From an uncultured Chloroflexota bacterium (GTDB lineage: Bacteria > Chloroflexota > Anaerolineae > Anaerolineales > Anaerolineaceae): 64,000 nucleotides of DNA. Below, in pieces: positions 31,424 through 41,554 of the stretch (position 1 is its first letter; each line of letters opens with the position of its first letter). Below the pieces are notes generated by a model. The model searched no databases. It was not told the origin of the DNA and saw only the letters and a program-made list of their open reading frames with translations. Position numbers and translations under genes: made by a program. The DNA lies in the NCBI GenBank assembly GCA_902774215.1, contig CACYHU010000058.1:14987-78986 (forward strand), given 5' to 3'.

Positions 31424-32971
31424 ATGAACTATATATCATATAAGTGGGAGTCAATTGATAAAAAATATAAATATACTATTTTAGGATCGCTGCTTTTTGG
31501 GGTTTTTGCTCATGGAATGGGACTTTTTAATAAATATTCCATGAATGATGATCTCAATTATTTTTTTAATTACGACTATCCACTTGAATATGGCCGTTGG
31601 ATGGAATATTACCTGATAAAAGTAGAAAAGTTGATTTTTGGTACAGGAAGCTTTTCCTTGCCGATAATCAATGGTTCTGTCTGTCTTCTGTTTATTGGTA
31701 TAACCTTATGTCTTTTGGTCAATCTATTGGAAATAAAATCAATAGTTTCATGTATTCTGCTTAGTGGTTTTTTTGTTTCTGTACCGAGTATTGTGCATTT
31801 GTTCGGTGATATGTATTTATCTCATTTCTATTCCATTGCTCTTTTCCTTTCAGTGTTGGGCCCATATTTCATACTAAAATATAATAAATGGTATTCTATA
31901 GCAGTGGGAATTATCCTGATGATACTTTCAACTGCGATATATCAGGGCTTTATCCCTGTCATGCTTTCGACTTTTCTATTTACAACAATAAAAATGATTA
32001 CAGGTATAAAAGAAAACAGGGAAAGAATTGAACTGTATCGAAAAATTTGTATTATGATTTTCAGTTGTTTGATGTTTATTTCTCTTTATTTTGTTATAAC
32101 GTTTACATACAACGATTTTTATGGAGTGAAATTGATAAATTACAAAGGTGTGGATCAGATGGGTAAAACACCTTTATCAGTTTATTTGTCAAGAGTATAT
32201 GTTGCCTATAAAGATTTTTTCTTTCCTTCCAAAAATGTAAATTTTTCGATACTTCCCGGCAATACATATTATCTGTACTATGTATGTTTATTCTTATTTG
32301 CCTTTTTCTATGGAAAGCTTTTATATTCCCGAAGAAAAGTTGCTGCTGATTTTGTGATGTTGATGTGTTCAATGCTTCTCATTCCGTTATCTGTAAATTT
32401 TTTATTGGTAATGGTTGATCAGTCCTTTTTTTATATGCTCATGCTTTACAGTAAAGTAATGTTTTTTGTTATTCTTGTCTGGATTATTGAATATAACCTG
32501 AATGATAATATTCTCCGGATTGCGAGGATGGAGCAGATCTTTTGTTTTGCTGCTTTGAGTTTATTCCTTTTTATGTATTGCAGATTTGATAATATTTGTT
32601 ATGTGAGGATTGAGTTACTGCAATCAGAAGCAACCCGTTATTTTTCGACATTAATTACCCGTATGCAAAGTATGGAAGGATATGATTCATATAAATATGT
32701 ATCATATATAGGGGAGCCGAGAATTTATCGTAATGATAATTCAATAGAACCTATTTATGAATTTGATGATATTTTGTTTTATCCGTACAATGAATTGAAA
32801 AATGCGTTGAATGGTCCTTGGCGAGTATATTTGAAATTTTGGTGCGGTTATAGTGCACATGAAATTGACCAGTCATATTTTAAAGATTTACCTGAAGTTC
32901 AGGAGATGTCTCATTATCCGGCAGATGGATCCATTAAAATAATCAATGATACATTAGTTGTAAAATTTTAA
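31424..32971 (+). CDS. AT-rich polytopic membrane protein (possible GtrC/YfhO-like surface-glycan modification enzyme)
   Basis: 515 aa with at least 10 TM helices and a soluble C-terminal domain. Local GC (about 28-30%) is far below the window average. Confidence 0.4.
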   Translation: MNYISYKWESIDKKYKYTILGSLLFGVFAHGMGLFNKYSMNDDLNYFFNYDYPLEYGRWMEYYLIKVEKLIFGTGSFSLPIINGSVCLLFIGITLCLLVNLLEIKSIVSCILLSGFFVSVPSIVHLFGDMYLSHFYSIALFLSVLGPYFILKYNKWYSIAVGIILMILSTAIYQGFIPVMLSTFLFTTIKMITGIKENRERIELYRKICIMIFSCLMFISLYFVITFTYNDFYGVKLINYKGVDQMGKTPLSVYLSRVYVAYKDFFFPSKNVNFSILPGNTYYLYYVCLFLFAFFYGKLLYSRRKVAADFVMLMCSMLLIPLSVNFLLVMVDQSFFYMLMLYSKVMFFVILVWIIEYNLNDNILRIARMEQIFCFAALSLFLFMYCRFDNICYVRIELLQSEATRYFSTLITRMQSMEGYDSYKYVSYIGEPRIYRNDNSIEPIYEFDDILFYPYNELKNALNGPWRVYLKFWCGYSAHEIDQSYFKDLPEVQEMSHYPADGSIKIINDTLVVKF

Positions 32972-33179
32972 TGTGATTTTTTTTCGGTGTTATAATTCCC
33001 ATGTAGAATATTTTGTAGGGACGTCATATTTTATCTGGCAGCCTGCGGCAACGGGCTGCCTTTTCCTTTTTCCAATCCTTTTTATTTGTTTTTTTATAAG
33101 TTTCTATATGGTTTATTTCCTTACTTTTCTTTAAGATTAATTATCCCATATATATTCTCATTTGTCAATCAAACCAGAA

Positions 33180-33214
33180 GGCTGCCCCTAATTTTGGGAC
33201 AGCCTCCTTTTTTC
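33180..33214 (+). terminator. Hairpin plus T-run downstream of the AT-rich membrane-protein gene
   Basis: GGCTGCCCCTAATTTTGGGACAGCC followed by TCCTTTTTTCG. Confidence 0.4.
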
Positions 33215-33283
33215 GATAATTATTGGGGTTTTATTTTGTGATATGCCCCTTCTGTTTAAAACTTTTGCCTGCCATGTGAAAAT

Positions 33284-34615
33284 TTATTCATTTTTCGGCA
33301 TTGCTTTGTTTACCAATCCCTGAATATCGAGCCCGACGCCTTCGGAGATTTGATTGACGGTAGTCATGACGTCCTTGACGAGACGGGTGCTGTTACCGTC
33401 GCCGTACATCGTGATGGAACCGACCTTATTGAGCGGATCGCTTGCAGCTTTGACGATATCCGGCAGGGCTGAGAGAATCATTTCGAGTTTCCCTGCCTCG
33501 TTCAATTTAGCCATCGCTGCCGCTTTCAATTCCAGCGCACGGGCTTCTGCGATGCCTATTGCTTCAATACCCTTTGCTTCTTCTTCCATGGCAATGCGTT
33601 TCGCTTCCGCAGCCTGTGCTTCCTCGTACTTCTTTGCCTCAGCTGCCTGTTCTGCTGCATAGCGCTCAGCTTCAGCTTTCTTTCGGATGTTGGCATCCAG
33701 TTCGCGTTCTTTGAGCTGGACTTCTTTCTCGCGAAGTTCGATCTCTTTTTCACGACGGGCAATGTCTGCTTCCACGCTTGCGGTTTCAATGGATCGGCGT
33801 TCTGCTTCTTCCTGAATCTTATAAGCGGCGTCAGCGGCTGCTCTTTTCTGGTCTTCTTCGATCTTGAACTGTGCCTGTCTGATGACAAGATCCTTGTTTT
33901 GTTCGGCAATACTGACCTGTGCGGCAACTTTCGCTTTGTTGCTCTGATCCGAAGCCTGAGCCTGGGCAATTGCTACATCACGTTCCGCATTTGCCTTCGA
34001 GATCGCGGCATCTTTACGGATTTGGCTGATATTTTCGATCCCGAGATCCGTGATGACGGAATTGTCATCGATGAAGTTCTGAATGGTCAGGTTGACCACT
34101 TCCAGACCCATTCGAGCCATTTCTTCTTGTACAGAGGATTGTACCTTCTGGGCGAAGATGTCACGTTTCTGGATCAATTCGCTGAGCTTCATCTGGCCGA
34201 TGATCTCACGCATGTTACCCTCAATGACCTGCTGGGCAACATAACCGATGTGGTCCGCGTCCTTGTTTAAAAAATTTTCTGCAGCCCGGACAACTGACTC
34301 CGGATTGGAGGCTACCTTTACATTTGCAACAGCATCCACATTGATGTTGATATATTCCGAAGTTGGGACTGATGAACTGGTCTTGATATCTACCTGAATC
34401 AAGTCCAGTGCAATTTCATCTACCCGTTCCAGGAACGGAATTCGAATGGTACTGCCGCCAATAACAACCCGCGGTTTTCCTGATGATTTCCGGAAACCGG
34501 AAATTATCAGCGCCTTGTTTGGCGGTGCCGTCAGGTAGGTTGATTTAAAGAATATTGCAATAGCCAACAGTAAAACAACACAAATTATCGGAATAATAAT
34601 ATTTGTAAACTCCAT
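33284..34615 (-). CDS. Flotillin-like SPFH protein (FloT/YqiK-like)
   Basis: N-terminal TM helix, SPFH domain, then a long EA-repeat coiled coil (AEAERYAAEQAAEAKKYEEAQAAEAKRIAMEEEAKGIEA). RBS AGAGGAAGG precedes the ATG. Confidence 0.8.
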   Translation of the reverse strand: MEFTNIIIPIICVVLLLAIAIFFKSTYLTAPPNKALIISGFRKSSGKPRVVIGGSTIRIPFLERVDEIALDLIQVDIKTSSSVPTSEYININVDAVANVKVASNPESVVRAAENFLNKDADHIGYVAQQVIEGNMREIIGQMKLSELIQKRDIFAQKVQSSVQEEMARMGLEVVNLTIQNFIDDNSVITDLGIENISQIRKDAAISKANAERDVAIAQAQASDQSNKAKVAAQVSIAEQNKDLVIRQAQFKIEEDQKRAAADAAYKIQEEAERRSIETASVEADIARREKEIELREKEVQLKERELDANIRKKAEAERYAAEQAAEAKKYEEAQAAEAKRIAMEEEAKGIEAIGIAEARALELKAAAMAKLNEAGKLEMILSALPDIVKAASDPLNKVGSITMYGDGNSTRLVKDVMTTVNQISEGVGLDIQGLVNKAMPKNE

Positions 34616-34787
34616 GACATACCTTCCTCTCTTTTACAAAATTCAGTTATTCAATGTTTCTATGATAACTGAGTGAGAAAAAACCTGCAAGGATGAAATA
34701 TACAAAATAAGATCGTTTATTTTGCCTTTCGATAAAAAAAAGTGCGGCTTTTCGTTGTATAATAAAAAAATATACTGCGGAGGCTGG

Positions 34788-36683
34788 ATGAAAAAATTAT
34801 TTTTATTTTTAATTTGTTTACTGGTGATATTTGCAGCTCAGGCTGCCTCGGCGCAGGACAATGAACCGGTTCGTAAGCTATATGGCGATTGGGATGTGCT
34901 TTCAAATGATACAGGCTGGACAGTGACGGCATATCGAGGAACAGAGAAAAATGTAGTGATCCCAAATGATTTTGATAATATCCTTGTTACTCAGCTGGCA
35001 GCAGAACTGTTCATGAATGATATTTATCTGGAAAGCATTGTAATTCCGGGAAATGTATCGGTAATTGGAAGAAATGCTTTTAATGGGTGCATCTCTTTGA
35101 AGGAAGTAAGGCTGCCATATAATATCAAAACGGTACCGGAAGGTGCTTTTAAGGGATGCAAATCACTGGAGAGTATTGCGTTCCCTGCTGCATTGACCAG
35201 TATCGGAAAAGAAGCCTTTGCGGATTGTACCGGATTGCGTCAAATTAGTCTGACAAGACGAATCAGTACACTTAATGAGTCTGCTTTTGATGGCTGTACA
35301 AATCTTTCAAGCGTAATTGTACAGCGCAGTCTTTCAACCCTGGGCGCGAATGTTTTCAGGGGGACAGCCTGGCTCGAGAGACAGACGGATGAATTCGTCA
35401 TTCTCGGACGTGGCCTGCTGGTGAAATATAACGGTAACGATGCAAATGTTGAAGTCCCTTATGGAACTATAGCGATAGCCGATGTTTTTGCTGATAACAA
35501 GACAGTAGAATCGGTAAAACTTCCTGATACGGTTCGCCGGATCATGCAGAACGCCTTTAAAGGAGCTGAAAACCTTCATACAGTGAATATTCCGCCATGG
35601 CTGACAACGATTGGCGCAGGTGCGTTTTCAGGCTGTGGACAGATTACTTCTCTGGAACTCCCTGTTACGCTTACTTCCATCGGTGCTAATGCCTTTGAAA
35701 ACTGCGGTAAACTGACTGAATTGGAAATCCCTGACCGGGTTAAATCAATTCCTGCCAATCTGGCTGTGAACAGCGCGTCCCTGACAGATATCCGCATTCC
35801 TGAAGTTGTCACTTCGATCAATAAAAATGCATTTATCGGACTGTCCGGTGTGCATGTTTTTGTATTCCCCGGTTCAGAGGCCGAGAATATTCTAAAGGGG
35901 TATAAATATCCGTATTCTTATATACAATACAAAACCGAAGATTACATTTACTCTAAAAGTCTGACCGGTGTTCAAATTATCCGTTATCTCGGAAATTCAG
36001 CGATCGTTGATATACCTGAAACGATTGACGAACTTCCCGTTACCGGGATAAGTACGGCTGCTTTCCAGAATAACTCATTTGTCAGGATTATAAATCTTCC
36101 GGAAACACTGCAGAATATCGGAGACTGGGCTTTCTCGTATATGGAAAATCTTGAATATGTAAATATGCCGGACAGTTTGCGCAGGATCGGTAATTATGTA
36201 TTTAAAGGATCTCCCATGCTCAGATCTCTATATTTCCCGCCAAAGCTGGTACACGTCGGTGATGATATATTTGATAATCAGTCCGGTTTTGCTGTCTGTG
36301 CTAAAGAAAAAACAAAGGTAGAGATTTATCTGATCGAAAAGGGATATGTTGTTTACAGCGAAGACTATTGCCGGATGGACGATCGGATGTATGATAATAT
36401 CAGCGTTGATTTTGATAATACAAGTAATGTTTGTGATAGCGCGGAAGAGAATCAATTGATTCAAATCCCGGATGGATTAAAAACGGTTACATCAGATTTG
36501 TTCGCAAATGCGGAAAAAGATATTGTGCTTTCTGTTCCCGCAGGCGTGGAGGAAATTGACCCCGGCATATTGGATGGCAGAAATACAACTATTATTTCTG
36601 ACTCCCATACCGCTGCCGAAAAATTTGCGCTTGAGCACGGTTTGAAGTTTCTTGTCCGTGTTGATTTATGGACTGAAAATTAG
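34788..36683 (+). CDS. Secreted BspA-type leucine-rich-repeat protein
   Basis: Signal peptide MKKLFLFLICLLVIFAAQAASAQD. Multiple repeats of about 23 aa of the form ..I.IP..V..IG..AF..C..L..I. Confidence 0.75.
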   Translation: MKKLFLFLICLLVIFAAQAASAQDNEPVRKLYGDWDVLSNDTGWTVTAYRGTEKNVVIPNDFDNILVTQLAAELFMNDIYLESIVIPGNVSVIGRNAFNGCISLKEVRLPYNIKTVPEGAFKGCKSLESIAFPAALTSIGKEAFADCTGLRQISLTRRISTLNESAFDGCTNLSSVIVQRSLSTLGANVFRGTAWLERQTDEFVILGRGLLVKYNGNDANVEVPYGTIAIADVFADNKTVESVKLPDTVRRIMQNAFKGAENLHTVNIPPWLTTIGAGAFSGCGQITSLELPVTLTSIGANAFENCGKLTELEIPDRVKSIPANLAVNSASLTDIRIPEVVTSINKNAFIGLSGVHVFVFPGSEAENILKGYKYPYSYIQYKTEDYIYSKSLTGVQIIRYLGNSAIVDIPETIDELPVTGISTAAFQNNSFVRIINLPETLQNIGDWAFSYMENLEYVNMPDSLRRIGNYVFKGSPMLRSLYFPPKLVHVGDDIFDNQSGFAVCAKEKTKVEIYLIEKGYVVYSEDYCRMDDRMYDNISVDFDNTSNVCDSAEENQLIQIPDGLKTVTSDLFANAEKDIVLSVPAGVEEIDPGILDGRNTTIISDSHTAAEKFALEHGLKFLVRVDLWTEN

Positions 36684-36784
36684 AATATGGATACGGTATT
36701 CTGGTATGATATTTGTTGTATGTCATAAAACTGTAATATAGTATCTTGACTTTTTTGAAATTGATGCTATTATTATAGTGTCGA

Positions 36785-36856
36785 TGCGGGGTAGAGCAGA
36801 GGCAGCTCGTCGGGCTCATAACCCGGAGGTCATTGGTTCGAATCCAATCCCCGCTA
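36785..36856 (+). tRNA. Initiator tRNA-fMet (anticodon CAU)
   Basis: TGCGGGGTAGAGCAGAGGCAGCTCGTCGGGCTCATAACCCGGAGGTCATTGGTTCGAATCCAATCCCCGCTA. The anticodon stem has three consecutive G:C pairs (GGG/CCC). Positions 1 and 72 form a U x U mismatch, the initiator hallmark. It closely resembles E. coli tRNA-fMet. Confidence 0.8.
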
Positions 36857-37158
36857 CTTTTTTTTGCCTGTTTTACGAGTGAATGGATCGGAAAACAGGC
36901 TTTTTTTACGGTTTCCACGATTTCGATATTTTATATTCCCTGTGTATGAAGTCCGGGTATTCAATACACATTTTCAAACGACAGGAAGAGGAGATCCGGG
37001 AGGCTTTGGTCAGCTGACGGTGATAAGATGTGAAGCGGGGCGGAATCCCGAATTACGTATTCCGAACTCCGCATTCTGAAGAATGGGTGCCGTGACCCCG
37101 ATTGACGGTTCCGCGTGCCGAACAGCGGCTGTGACGATGAGAGGCCGTCCGCGCACGC

Positions 37159-38823
37159 CTAACCGTCCTCCTGAATTTGTGCGAGGATTTTCCGCATTTG
37201 AGCTGCCTGGTCGGGATAGAAGGCGGCAAAGTCCGGGTCGCAGGCGAGGTAAATGATCTCTTCTTCGGTGAAGGTGATGGCTCCCTCTTCATTCGGACTG
37301 CTCCGATCGAAGGCATGCCGCAGGACCTCCAGATAGAAAGGTATATTAGGATCCGCGGTCATATGGTCCGGCGGATCATCCGGCGGCGGGTCTTCTACGT
37401 ATATTTGTTCTTCCGGAACAGGGTCAGGAATAGGAACCGTATCCGAAATTTCGGTTAATTGATCTGCTGCGTGTATATGTTCTTCCGGCATGGGATCAGG
37501 CTCCGGGTTTTCGGGCTGCCGCTCCTGACCGGGAACGGTATCCCCGCGTGCGGAGCGGCAGCGTGGGCGAAGCTCCCGCTCTGTATCTGAATCAGGCGAA
37601 GCCTGTACTTCTCGGAGCGGGTTTCGGACCGCCGACGGAGGAGGACTATCAGCGCTAAAGTTCGGCGTTAATTTTGAGGATCGATCTTCTTCCGGTAATT
37701 TACTTTCAGTGGTGGAGTTATCGGGAGAGCTGTTCTCCGCTTGTGCTTCCTCTGCAGGAGTGGTGTTTTCGGAAGAACTGATCTCCGGTTGTGATTCCTC
37801 TGTGGGAGCGGCGGTATCGGGAGAACTGATTTCCGCTTGTGATTCCTTTGCGGGAGTGGTGGTATTGGGGAGACTGATCTCTGGTTGTGATTCCTCTGCA
37901 GGGGTGGTGGTATTGGCGGGACGTACACAGCTGACCCGCTCGCGGTTCAGGCTGCATACGTCCCGGTGACCCGCTTGCGGGTCACCGCATACTTCGTTTG
38001 TTTCTTCCTTGCTTGATTTTTCAGAACTGATGGATTTCGAATTCCGAATTGCGTTTTTGCTCTTGCTTCCGCATTCGCGTGAGCCATCAAGGGCGGAAAG
38101 TGCGCGGGGCGCGGAAAAAGCGCCGGGTTCGAAGATCGCGGCGACATCGGGCAGCGGACGGCCGGAAACAGCGGAAATCATCGGTTTCCCCTGATCATCG
38201 TCGCTGAAAGGATCGGAAATCATCTGATTCCCCTGATCTCCGGCGCAGTTCGGGCGGCTGTTTCCGAGAGCTTCCGCATTCAATCTGACCACTGACCCCT
38301 GACTACTGACCGCTTTCTCAAGCTTGTCCTTCGTCTTATACAGCCTGAACAGCATATTCGTCCAGCTGAGCTGATTGATGAGCAGACGCTCGCTGATCTC
38401 CGGATGGGACTGAGCGGTCTGGATGACGCCGAGATAGCTCTTCCGGAAATGGTAGGAGGAAACGCTGATGAGGTCCCCGATCTGCATCGGGGCCTGAGCG
38501 AGATCCTCGCCCCGGTTGTGCAGGGCGACCAGTCCGCGGCCCATGGTCATGACGCCTTTCATCACTAATTTGGACAAATCTGTAAATTTCTTGGAAAAAT
38601 AGTTGGCTTTCTTTGCCTCGTCGATCCAGGTAATCAGGGAGTTATAGGCGAAGCCCATGATCTGGTGCGGGTCGACATCCTGTGAGACGAAGGGATCGAC
38701 GATATCGGTCGGCAGCGGAGCCCTGGCGAGGATCTCGCGTTCATGCGGCATCACCGCGCCGTTGTAAAGAGAATTCAGCGCGTTCTGGTACATCATGTTT
38801 TTTATCGCGGATCTGGTTGACAT
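37159..38823 (-). CDS. Hypothetical protein in a GC-rich segment, with a long Pro/Glu/Ser/Thr-rich repetitive linker
   Basis: 554 aa. Residues about 300-380 carry repeats of about 17 aa (NTTTPAEESQPEISSP...). Local GC is visibly higher than the neighbours. Confidence 0.5.
   Translation of the reverse strand: MSTRSAIKNMMYQNALNSLYNGAVMPHEREILARAPLPTDIVDPFVSQDVDPHQIMGFAYNSLITWIDEAKKANYFSKKFTDLSKLVMKGVMTMGRGLVALHNRGEDLAQAPMQIGDLISVSSYHFRKSYLGVIQTAQSHPEISERLLINQLSWTNMLFRLYKTKDKLEKAVSSQGSVVRLNAEALGNSRPNCAGDQGNQMISDPFSDDDQGKPMISAVSGRPLPDVAAIFEPGAFSAPRALSALDGSRECGSKSKNAIRNSKSISSEKSSKEETNEVCGDPQAGHRDVCSLNRERVSCVRPANTTTPAEESQPEISLPNTTTPAKESQAEISSPDTAAPTEESQPEISSSENTTPAEEAQAENSSPDNSTTESKLPEEDRSSKLTPNFSADSPPPSAVRNPLREVQASPDSDTERELRPRCRSARGDTVPGQERQPENPEPDPMPEEHIHAADQLTEISDTVPIPDPVPEEQIYVEDPPPDDPPDHMTADPNIPFYLEVLRHAFDRSSPNEEGAITFTEEEIIYLACDPDFAAFYPDQAAQMRKILAQIQEDG
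37690..37930. repeat. Imperfect tandem repeats of about 51 bp inside the hypothetical gene (they encode the P/E/S/T-rich units)
   Basis: Repeated ...ctgatytccgstgtgattcctctg.gggagtggtggtattgg... units. Confidence 0.6.
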
Positions 38824-39510
38824 CGTTAGCTCCTCTTCTTTAGGGTGTAGGTGGCAGGTGTTGGGTATCAGGTTTCAGGTGCCAGGTGTTAGTGGAACAG
38901 GAAGCGGCTTCGCCGCATTCTATTTATACTAACTGCTGCCTGCTGGCGACTGTTTGCTAATACTGCCGGCTGGCTGACCACTGATTCTATAACCTGTACC
39001 CAGTGACCTATAACCTGCACATTCTACATCCAACATCCTGCTTTCTGCCGACTGCCGACTGCCTGCTGCATACTGTCTGCTATAACAAACAGTCTACCCC
39101 ATAATTTAAAAAAAGAAAACCGCCAATATTGGCGGTTGACAAATGTTCGATTTTGTGGTAAAGCCCGAGTTTGCCACTTTAAAACATGAAAAAAGGACCG
39201 ATTTGGCCCCTTTTACGACAAAAGAATGAAAAAGTGCGTAAATTTATTTTGAATTTATGTGCCTTCCATTATAGCCCTGCAAGAAAATCTTTATTCCCGT
39301 TTTTCTTGATTTAAAATCCGTCCATCGATAAAGCTTCGGAGGAATATCAATTACAAAATCTTTCAATATCAAAGAAGGAACAGGATCATCTATATCCATA
39401 AACCGATAAAAATCATTAGGACACAGAAAAATGGTTTGCTGATTTTTGTCAAGGACTGTTTCCCTTAGGATATTTTATTTTGCATCATAATCAAACATTT
39501 CATATATATC

Positions 39511-39539
39511 TTGAAATAAGATTACATCTGTAATACAAT
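39511..39539 (+). promoter_or_regulatory. Candidate sigma70 promoter (TTGAAA -17 nt- TACAAT) for the RHH/SPFH/TIR operon. An A/T palindrome lies nearby and is a possible operator.
   Basis: TTGAAA at 39511-39516 and TACAAT at 39534-39539, about 35 nt upstream of the RBS AAGGAG at 39563. Confidence 0.4.
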
Positions 39540-39575
39540 ATTATAAAATAATTGATCAAACTAAGGAGCATTACA

Positions 39576-39764
39576 GTGAGTGACAAAAAGCTGGTCATTC
39601 AAAAACAGAAATACACGGGGGAAACCATTGTGACATCGATGCGGATTCCCAGGGATCTGCTGGCGGATCTTGATAAAGCTGCCAAAGAATCCAACAGGAC
39701 ACGAAACGAAGTTCTGATGATGTGTCTTGAGTTTGCTCTGGAAAATATGGAAATCGAAAAATAA
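39576..39764 (+). CDS. Ribbon-helix-helix (CopG/Arc-like) DNA-binding protein
   Basis: A GTG start lies 7 nt after AAGGAG. ...IVTSMRIPRDLLADLDKAAKESNRTRNEVLMMCLEFAL is the beta-strand plus two-helix RHH pattern. Confidence 0.6.
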   Translation: MSDKKLVIQKQKYTGETIVTSMRIPRDLLADLDKAAKESNRTRNEVLMMCLEFALENMEIEK

Positions 39765-39778
39765 AGGGGACGTTGAAG

Positions 39779-41551
39779 ATGGGTAAGTTTGTGATCGAAT
39801 GTCCGAGATGCGGAAAATTTACTGAGGCCTCAACCGGCTTCTTCGCCAAAAGGAAAATCATGTGTTCCTGTGGGTACACGATTGATGTTAGAACCGATAA
39901 AATGTCATCTCGTGTCTGTCAGCACTGCGGCAATACGGTGATTTTTGACCAGAGCAAAGGCGCTGATGCCCGATGCCCGGTTTGCGGCCAGCCGATCAAC
40001 ACGATGTCCGAGCAGTCAAAGATGGAAGAGATCTCCTGCGAACAATGCGGGGTCCGTTTTACCGTAAACAAAGCAGTTCCTACCTATGTCTGTCCTGTCT
40101 GCGACCATGTCAATGATGTTGCGGAAAGGGTCGCAAAGGAAAAGATCAGAAAAGACGGGCTCGCCAGCATCATCAAATATGAGGGCAGCGGAGATACACT
40201 GGTCTGGAAACACCCGATCGAGGATTTCAACTACGGTTCACAGCTCATCGTCCATGAAAGTCAGGAGGCTGTCTTTTACCGGGACGGTCAGGCACTGGAT
40301 CTTTTCGGTCCGGGACGCTATACGCTGGAAACACAGCAGCTGCCCATGCTTGAAAAGATCTACAAGCTGCCGACTGACACTGAAGGAACCTTCCATTCCG
40401 AAGTTTACTATATCAACCTTGCTACGGTCATGGGGATCAAATGGGGCACGGATTCCAAGGTCAGGATGTTTGATCCAAGCTCCGGAATGCATGTGGAACT
40501 CGGTGCCTGCGGGGAATTCAATATCCGTGTGATCAACTCCCGAAAGCTGCTTGCCAAACTCGTCGGGACGGGCGGCGTATTGAAACAGGAGCAGCTCATC
40601 GGGATGGGAGACGGCAAGGGATATTTTCGCGGAATGATCATGACCCAGGTCAAGAGTTATCTGGCTCAGGCGATCAAAGCTGCGAATATCAGCGTTCTCG
40701 AAATCGACGAGCGTCTGATGGATCTTTCCGCTGAACTGCGTAATCGGCTGAATAGTTTCCTTGCGGATTATGGCTTGGAAATGCCTGAATTCTTCGTCAC
40801 AAGAGTCATGACTCCTGATGATGATCCGAATTTCCGCCGAATGAAAGAACAGTATGCTCAGCAGTTTCTTCTCGTCCGTCAGGAACAGATACGCAAGCAG
40901 GAAGCGGAAGCTGCTGCCGCACGCAAGGAAGTTGAGGCTGCGACAGCTGCGCGCATGAAAATAATTGGTGCTCAGGGAGATGCGGAAGCCCTTCGGGCGA
41001 AGGCACAGGCGGAAGCTGACGCCTACCGTATGCAGGCGGAAGCTGAAGCGCTCGAAATGAAGATGAAAGGTTATACATACCAGCAAGAAACAGCACGCCA
41101 GGTTGGTATGGAAGCAATGAAGAATGGTATCTCCGGCGGAGCAGGCGCGGGTGCGCTGGGTGACCTCGCCGGGTTGGGAATCAGTCTTGGTGCGATGGGC
41201 AGCGTGATCGGCATGACAAAAGATGCCTTGCAGCCTGCGGCTGAAACCGCGAAAGGTCTTGGTCAAATGGTCGGTGCCTCTATCACAGATAACGCCGGTT
41301 GGGACTGCGAATGCGGACAGAAAGGAAATACAGGAAACTTCTGTATGAACTGCGGCGCAAGAAAACCTCAGCAGAAGGCTGCTTCAGACACCTGGAATTG
41401 TGAATGCGGTGCGAAGGGCAACACCGGAAAATTCTGTCCGAATTGTGGCGCAAAACGTCCAGAAATCAATACCGGATGGGATTGCAGCTGCGGTCAGAAG
41501 AACAACACAGGAAAGTTCTGCGCTAATTGTGGAAAGAAACGGGAGGAATAA
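39779..41551 (+). CDS. Zinc-ribbon / SPFH (band-7) / zinc-ribbon fusion protein
   Basis: The N-terminus has three CxxC...CxxC ribbons (CPRCG..CSCG; CQHCG..CPVCG; CEQCG..CPVCD). An SPFH core follows (…YINLATVMGIKWGTDSKVRMFDP…), then an EA-rich coiled coil and a Gly-rich segment. The C-terminus carries three repeats of WDCxCGxKxNTGxFCxNCGxKR. Confidence 0.7.
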   Translation: MGKFVIECPRCGKFTEASTGFFAKRKIMCSCGYTIDVRTDKMSSRVCQHCGNTVIFDQSKGADARCPVCGQPINTMSEQSKMEEISCEQCGVRFTVNKAVPTYVCPVCDHVNDVAERVAKEKIRKDGLASIIKYEGSGDTLVWKHPIEDFNYGSQLIVHESQEAVFYRDGQALDLFGPGRYTLETQQLPMLEKIYKLPTDTEGTFHSEVYYINLATVMGIKWGTDSKVRMFDPSSGMHVELGACGEFNIRVINSRKLLAKLVGTGGVLKQEQLIGMGDGKGYFRGMIMTQVKSYLAQAIKAANISVLEIDERLMDLSAELRNRLNSFLADYGLEMPEFFVTRVMTPDDDPNFRRMKEQYAQQFLLVRQEQIRKQEAEAAAARKEVEAATAARMKIIGAQGDAEALRAKAQAEADAYRMQAEAEALEMKMKGYTYQQETARQVGMEAMKNGISGGAGAGALGDLAGLGISLGAMGSVIGMTKDALQPAAETAKGLGQMVGASITDNAGWDCECGQKGNTGNFCMNCGARKPQQKAASDTWNCECGAKGNTGKFCPNCGAKRPEINTGWDCSCGQKNNTGKFCANCGKKREE

Positions 41552-41554
41552 GTC

